Shown here piece by piece: positions 59,584-64,000 of a stretch of 64,000 nucleotides of DNA. How positions within the stretch are numbered: position 1 is the stretch's first letter; every line of letters begins with the position of its first letter. Source of the DNA: Candidatus Zixiibacteriota bacterium (lineage in GTDB: Bacteria; Zixibacteria; MSB-5A5; GN15; FEB-12); the NCBI GenBank assembly GCA_036826635.1, contig DAISVY010000006.1, positions 14,554-78,553 on the forward strand, in the 5' to 3' direction. A program made the position numbers and the translations under genes. A model generated the notes under the pieces. That model was not told the origin of the DNA. It did no database searches and saw nothing but the letters and a program-made list of their open reading frames with translations.

Positions 59584-60705
59584 TGTGTCACGATTGATTG
59601 TCGACGGCAGAAACGGGATTACCCGATACCCGAATCTCCGGTGCAGCAATTCGGCTTCGTCGGCCGTGTGACAGAACAAAACCACGGCCTCACGGGGAAT
59701 CCCGTCCATGTAAAAATTACCTCGATGTCGGTATTCCTTCTCGGTGCGCCAGTCGCTTATCTTCCCTTCCGACTGACTCAGCCACATCAGATCGGGCGGA
59801 AGTTTTACCTCGTCCCCTTTCCCGTAATAGGCTACCGGGTGTATTCCCTTCTCCAGAGCGATTTGTTTTTCGATTCCCAGACCGTACGGCTCGAATGACA
59901 TCCGGCCATAACGCGCCCGCCACCTCATCAACGGCGCAACTTCCCGCGGCGGCAGCGAAGAGAATGACACGACAGGTTCTTTCCCCGGCATGTTTCGTGA
60001 CGAAGCCATCAAACGCTGCGAATGAACTATATGCGACAACGTATCGAATCCAGAACGCGGCCAGGAAGCGGCGGTGACAACGGCCCGATAAAGATCAATA
60101 ATGCGCTCGTCCGGCCAGCGATCATTGGTCGCCCGTGTCCAGTGGGTAATGTAGTCCGCCTCGAGGTCTTCTATTTCGGGATTAAGCGAGTCCGGAGAAA
60201 TTACCAACGCCAACGGTTCCTGTCGATCCTCGTAAGGCACGACAAAGTCCCGGTTGACGATCATACCCGACGCTTCCGCATCGGCTATCAGAGAAGCCAT
60301 GTTGCCTTCTCCGCGCACGGATACGGGTACCAGCAAATCGGCCAGTTCGACAACGCTTCGGTCTCGCGCGGACATCAGAGCCGTACCCGAGGATTCCCGT
60401 CCGGACAACACAACCGGGACAAATTCCGTCAGATGGGAATCGAGAGCGAACTGCCGCTTGAGAGCATCACGACGAGAGAAAAACTGCGACATCGATACGG
60501 CCGGCACGACCAGCTTGAGCGGGCATTGTTCCAGAACCGCCAGGGCCGTCACCAGTTCCCAGGTTTGCATGCCCGACGAACCGACCAGACCATACCCCTG
60601 CTTACGCAGCCAGGTAAGTGCGGCTACGGCTCCCCGGACCCAGGCGCTTTTACCCGATGGGCGAAGTGGTTGGCGTGAGAGCAGGACAGCGGCGAATTTC
60701 GACAT
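59581..60705 (-). CDS. Hypothetical fusion: DprA/Smf-like (SLOG-type Rossmann) N-terminal domain plus AbiGi/DUF2971-like C-terminal domain
   Basis: 374 aa from ATG 60705 (MSKFAAVLLSRQP). The N-terminal half parallels DprA (AVLLSRQP..S...A.AL..L...GYGLVGSSG...ARDRSVVELADLLVPVSV..EGNMASLI.A...G). The C-terminal half has ITHWTR...VVSFSSLP...YGRMSFEPYGLGI...GIHPVAYY...EKEYRHRG. The 47-aa ORF-track N-terminal extension looks non-coding. Confidence 0.6.
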   Translation of the reverse strand: MSKFAAVLLSRQPLRPSGKSAWVRGAVAALTWLRKQGYGLVGSSGMQTWELVTALAVLEQCPLKLVVPAVSMSQFFSRRDALKRQFALDSHLTEFVPVVLSGRESSGTALMSARDRSVVELADLLVPVSVRGEGNMASLIADAEASGMIVNRDFVVPYEDRQEPLALVISPDSLNPEIEDLEADYITHWTRATNDRWPDERIIDLYRAVVTAASWPRSGFDTLSHIVHSQRLMASSRNMPGKEPVVSFSSLPPREVAPLMRWRARYGRMSFEPYGLGIEKQIALEKGIHPVAYYGKGDEVKLPPDLMWLSQSEGKISDWRTEKEYRHRGNFYMDGIPREAVVLFCHTADEAELLHRRFGYRVIPFLPSTINRDT

Positions 60706-60854
60706 AGTTGCAATTTCCCGGAAGCGGTTAATCCGACAAACCGTTTTTTTCAATAGTCCTCTTTCCGAAAAGGGAATACATACAACTTCAGCGCCTTCGG
60801 CAAGGAAAAAAGAAATATAGCCCCACAAACAGCGGAAAGGTGACACTGTTAAAC

Positions 60855-60883
60855 TTGACAGTTCCCCCGAAGGATCGTAAATA
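60855..60883 (+). promoter_or_regulatory. Sigma70-like promoter upstream of the endonuclease V-like gene
   Basis: TTGACA (60855-60860), a 17-nt spacer and TAAATA (60878-60883), about 125 nt upstream of the TTG start at 61009. Confidence 0.45.
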
Positions 60884-61008
60884 TAGTCGCAAGTATCATA
60901 AACGATGGGAACCTCCCAAGGTCAGCGACAAACCGTATATCCGAATTCAGCCCTGCGCTAACTTTTTTCGGTTATCGGATCAACCAGGAAAAGAGAAAGA
61001 CAGTTGCC

Positions 61009-61731
61009 TTGGACTGGGTAAACAAACACCACTGGCCCCAAAATGAACTACAGGCCCTCGCGTTGCAGGATGAACGGGCCGCCCTCGTCGACCTGACCGA
61101 CAATACCGGGGAACCGAAACTTATCGCTGCCGCCGAAGCCGCATACGGCAACAATGGTCAAAGCATCTATGCCGCGGCGCTGGTTTTCACTTTTCCGGGC
61201 TTCGAAGAAGTGGACAAATGTTTGTATCAACAACCGGCCAGGTTTCCGTATATTCCCGGGCTTTTCTATTTCCGCGAAGGTCCCGCCTTGGTCGGTGCCC
61301 TTTCAGGTTTGAAGTGCGACCCCGATTTGCTGATGATCAGCGGGCACGGAATCGCCCACCCGCAGTTTTGCGGCATGGCCTGCCATATCGGGATAGATTT
61401 CGACAAACCCACGGTCGGTTGTGCGCGCCGGCTGCTTTGCGGCTATCACCAGCCGGTCGAGTCGAGCAGAGGGAGCGCTCGACCTATCAGTTATGGTAAT
61501 ATCGAAGTCGGGGTGGCCTATCGCAGCAAAGATAACGTTAAGCCCATTTTCATCTCCCCCGGTCACTGTTGCAACGTAACTTTCGCCCGAAACATCACAA
61601 TCCGTTGTCTTCTCGATTATCGTCTGCCCGAACCGCTTCACCAAACCCACCTGCTGGCCCACAAGCACAAGCGCTACCTCGAAAAAGAGATCAGCAACCG
61701 GACAAGTTCGGATGACAACCAAACCGTATAA
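61009..61731 (+). CDS. nfi: Endonuclease V family protein with non-canonical metal-binding residues
   Basis: 240 aa that aligns by eye along E. coli Nfi (FPYIPGLFYFREGPAL, PDLLMISGHGIAHP, PTVGCARRLLCG, YRLPEP). AAEAAY replaces GADVGF, ISGHG replaces VDGHG, and HPQF replaces HPRR. Confidence 0.8.
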   Translation: MDWVNKHHWPQNELQALALQDERAALVDLTDNTGEPKLIAAAEAAYGNNGQSIYAAALVFTFPGFEEVDKCLYQQPARFPYIPGLFYFREGPALVGALSGLKCDPDLLMISGHGIAHPQFCGMACHIGIDFDKPTVGCARRLLCGYHQPVESSRGSARPISYGNIEVGVAYRSKDNVKPIFISPGHCCNVTFARNITIRCLLDYRLPEPLHQTHLLAHKHKRYLEKEISNRTSSDDNQTV

Positions 61732-61872
61732 CCGGGAATCATTGCCATATGGCCCCGCATCCCGTCATCCCTCCGCAAGATGTCCCGCACGAAATCACCC
61801 CGCCTCATCGCCGATGAAAAATCACCCCGGCATCACCCTTGTCATAACCCCCGTTCCGGATTACCTTATGAC

Positions 61873-63357
61873 ATGAACACGATATGGCGCTTGAGCAAAA
61901 CAACAACCCTGGCCATTCTGGTAGCAATAATTCTCTGTTCGCCGGGTCGGGCTCAGTTCTTCAAAGGGCAGGCGGTAACCTGGTCCAATTTCGATTACGT
62001 CTACTCGGTCGCCGCCTCGATGAGCCACGTCTATTTCGCCACCACCGGCGGAGTGACCCGATACAATAAACTCGAGAACCGATGGGAGGAACCTCTCACC
62101 GGGGCAGACGGTCTGGACGATCAGGTGGCCCAGAGAATATGGGTAGACTGGTTCGACCGATACGTCTATATCGAAACAACTCTGGGTTACTATGAATATG
62201 ACGTTCTGTTCGAGCGCTGGTATCCGATTATCGACCTCCCGGATTTCGACACCCAGACAAGCCATGTGGACCCGCCGGACATATTCATGCCTTCTTTTAA
62301 CGCCAACTACATGGGACAGGGCAGGTTTATCGACACCTACGGCCGTTCTTTCCTTACCTCGGACATTCTGGACGACAACACCGGCACTCTCTGGATCGGG
62401 ACCTGGGGATTCGGTGCGGCCAAATCGGCCAAGTCGTCTCTCCTGATGGACCTGCTTCCCTACGGTCTCCTGCAAAACCGCGTGAACACGATACTGGCCG
62501 ACGATACCGTCATGTGGGTATCGGGAGCCGTGTTCAACGATTCCAGAACCGGTCTGACGGCTTTTAACCCGGAGGAGAACAGCTTTTTCCACGTTGAATC
62601 GGGGGTCGGTTTCTCGTTTCCGGCGGTCGATGTCAATTGCCTGGCGGCCGACAGAGACAAGCTGTACGTAGGCACACCGGCGGGGATGTACATTGTGGAA
62701 CGCGGTCGCTGGAACGCCACCGGGCCCATAGGGCAACGCCGGGGACTGGCAGATGACAATATCCTGGCGCTTTGTTGTCATGATAACCTGCTGTTCATAG
62801 GTACGGCCGGGGGACTGAACATCATCGATATAGCCAGTGATTCGATCTATCAAGTCCACCCCCAAACCTTCTTCAATCATATCATCTACGATCTGGAACC
62901 GGTCGGGACAACGGTCTGGATCGCTTCCGAGGTTGGAGCTTTCCGTTACCGACCCGAATCGAACAAGCTGCAACAATATCAGGACCCGAATCTTATCCTG
63001 ACCTCTCGGGTTTACGATGTCGCGTCGTACGGCGACTTTATATGGTTTGCCTCGGACGCCGGGGTGGTAAATCTGAACCTTCAGACGGCGGAGTCCACCC
63101 CTTTCCGCGAAGTATCGATCCGGTTCGACAGCCGCGCCCTGGCGGTAAACGACGAAATCGCGGCGGTAGCCTCCGACGGAGGCCTGACACTGATCTTTCA
63201 CGACCTCGAGAAACCATTCAGCCGCGAGTTTACCACCGGCGACGGGCTCCCGTCCAATGTCGTTTACAGCTTGCTCATGGACGGAGATTATCTCTGGGTG
63301 GGTACAGATCGCGGTTTGACCCGTTTCTGGTGGAACAATCCCAACCGTATCGACTGA
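61873..63357 (+). CDS. Exported beta-propeller protein (two-component-regulator-propeller / Reg_prop repeats)
   Basis: The start at ATG 61873 gives a signal peptide (MNTIWRLSKTTTLAILVAIILCSPGRAQ). The repeated units are of the type ...W.GT..GL..., as in WIGTWGFG, LYVGTPAGM, LFIGTAGGL, VWIASEVGA and LWVGTDRGL. Confidence 0.7.
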   Translation: MNTIWRLSKTTTLAILVAIILCSPGRAQFFKGQAVTWSNFDYVYSVAASMSHVYFATTGGVTRYNKLENRWEEPLTGADGLDDQVAQRIWVDWFDRYVYIETTLGYYEYDVLFERWYPIIDLPDFDTQTSHVDPPDIFMPSFNANYMGQGRFIDTYGRSFLTSDILDDNTGTLWIGTWGFGAAKSAKSSLLMDLLPYGLLQNRVNTILADDTVMWVSGAVFNDSRTGLTAFNPEENSFFHVESGVGFSFPAVDVNCLAADRDKLYVGTPAGMYIVERGRWNATGPIGQRRGLADDNILALCCHDNLLFIGTAGGLNIIDIASDSIYQVHPQTFFNHIIYDLEPVGTTVWIASEVGAFRYRPESNKLQQYQDPNLILTSRVYDVASYGDFIWFASDAGVVNLNLQTAESTPFREVSIRFDSRALAVNDEIAAVASDGGLTLIFHDLEKPFSREFTTGDGLPSNVVYSLLMDGDYLWVGTDRGLTRFWWNNPNRID

Positions 63358-63473
63358 GCACCGTCATTTGTCGTTGATCAAACCCGGCCTATTTCGTACT
63401 ATAAGACACATTGAAACGCCGGGGTTGCAGAGTCCGGTGTTCCGAGTGAACAATAATGGCGATATAAAAAATT

Positions 63474-64000
63474 ATGAAATGGCTCTGGGAGAATTTCTGG
63501 CTTAAAGTCGTCGCCTTCATACTGGGGCTTCTGGTCTGGTTCCATGTCGCCACGGAGAAAACCTATAACTACGACCTGAAACTTCCGGTCTCCGAAATAA
63601 CTCTCCAGGAAGGCCTGGCCCTGTCGAAAGAACCCCCGGACTCCATCGGCGTGGCGGTATCGGCCACCGGCAAAAAGTTGCTTCGGCGTGAATGGCGCAA
63701 ACGCGGACTGAGAATAAACGCCAGCCAGTTCAAAGCGGGACGATACAGCCTCACTCTTACCCCGGCCAATACTTCACTGGTCCATCCCGCCGCCGACGTT
63801 TCACTCGACGAAGTCCTGTCACCGAGCTCGATCCAGTTGCAGATTGACATGGCCTCTTCGGCCGAAGTGCCGGTGATGCCCGATTTGGAAACGGTGCCGG
63901 ATGAAGGTTTCGCCATCGACCAGGATATCGAGGTGACGCCTCCCAAGGTAACGCTGTTCGGACCTCGCTCTCAGATCGGCCTGGTCTCGGCTATTTACAC
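63474..64000 (+). CDS. YbbR-domain protein (CdaR-like), 3' end outside the window
   Basis: The frame is open from ATG 63474 to the window end, so it is absent from the ORF track because it has no stop. It reads MKWLWENFWLKVVAFILGLLVWFHV (TM helix), followed by YbbR-like repeats (...GRYSLTLTP... and ...VTPPKVTLFGPRSQI). Confidence 0.7.
   Translation, partial: MKWLWENFWLKVVAFILGLLVWFHVATEKTYNYDLKLPVSEITLQEGLALSKEPPDSIGVAVSATGKKLLRREWRKRGLRINASQFKAGRYSLTLTPANTSLVHPAADVSLDEVLSPSSIQLQIDMASSAEVPVMPDLETVPDEGFAIDQDIEVTPPKVTLFGPRSQIGLVSAIY

Noticed and set aside
60706-60846. 47-aa N-terminal extension (GTG start) of the SLOG-AbiGi ORF
   Set aside because: The extension (MSPFRCLWGYISFFLAEGAEVVCIPF...) has no counterpart in DprA-like domains, which begin at the AVLLSRQP strand. 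The internal ATG at 60705 is preferred, although no strong RBS is visible for either start.
60840-61046. 68-aa ORF in the divergent region upstream of the EndoV-like gene
   Set aside because: It overlaps the predicted promoter and the start of the EndoV-like gene in another frame. Its sequence is basic and of low complexity, with no RBS.
61861-63201. 446-aa ORF on the minus strand
   Set aside because: It is antisense to the signal-peptide-bearing propeller gene. Its composition is Arg/Val/Gly-rich with no motifs.

Overview
This 64-kb window looks like ordinary chromosome from a moderately GC-rich bacterium. It is probably an uncultivated member of the FCB-type lineages. That is an inference from a T9SS-type C-terminal sorting domain, a DUF5686-like CarboxypepD_reg protein and stand-alone Reg_prop propellers. 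I support about 55 protein-coding genes, and I recognised no rRNA, tRNA, CRISPR array, transposase or integrase by eye. Housekeeping content includes pgsA-pgpA-cinA-thpR-recA, glyQS-recO-ftsB, eno, asnB and a class II (B12) ribonucleotide reductase with tandem NrdR boxes. There is also a Na+-pumping methylmalonyl-CoA decarboxylase cluster, an MCP/CheW pair, several transporters and an ECF sigma/anti-sigma pair. The observations most worth a second look are these. (1) A selD gene is truncated by the ORF track: it reads through an in-frame TGA at the active-site Cys/Sec position and is followed by a hairpin, so it is a probable selenoprotein. (2) A second SelD is fused to a NifS-type cysteine desulfurase/selenocysteine lyase, next to a methionine-gamma-lyase-like gene. 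(3) Perfect 64-bp and 31-bp inverted duplications, which include the last 20 codons of asnB, bracket an 8-kb segment with a visibly AT-richer three-gene islet at one end. (4) A three-domain PTPS/QueD fusion sits in a folE-PTPS-SDR cluster, and its catalytic motifs are asymmetrically degenerate. (5) A DprA/SLOG-like plus AbiGi-like fusion protein is divergent from an endonuclease V paralogue with substituted metal ligands, which may be a conflict-system locus. (6) A YdjI-like SPFH/zinc-ribbon operon has an internally duplicated zinc-ribbon partner. (7) A promoter-plus-terminator unit of about 80 nt is a candidate sRNA or attenuator. All functional calls come from by-eye motif recognition. No database search or computation was run.
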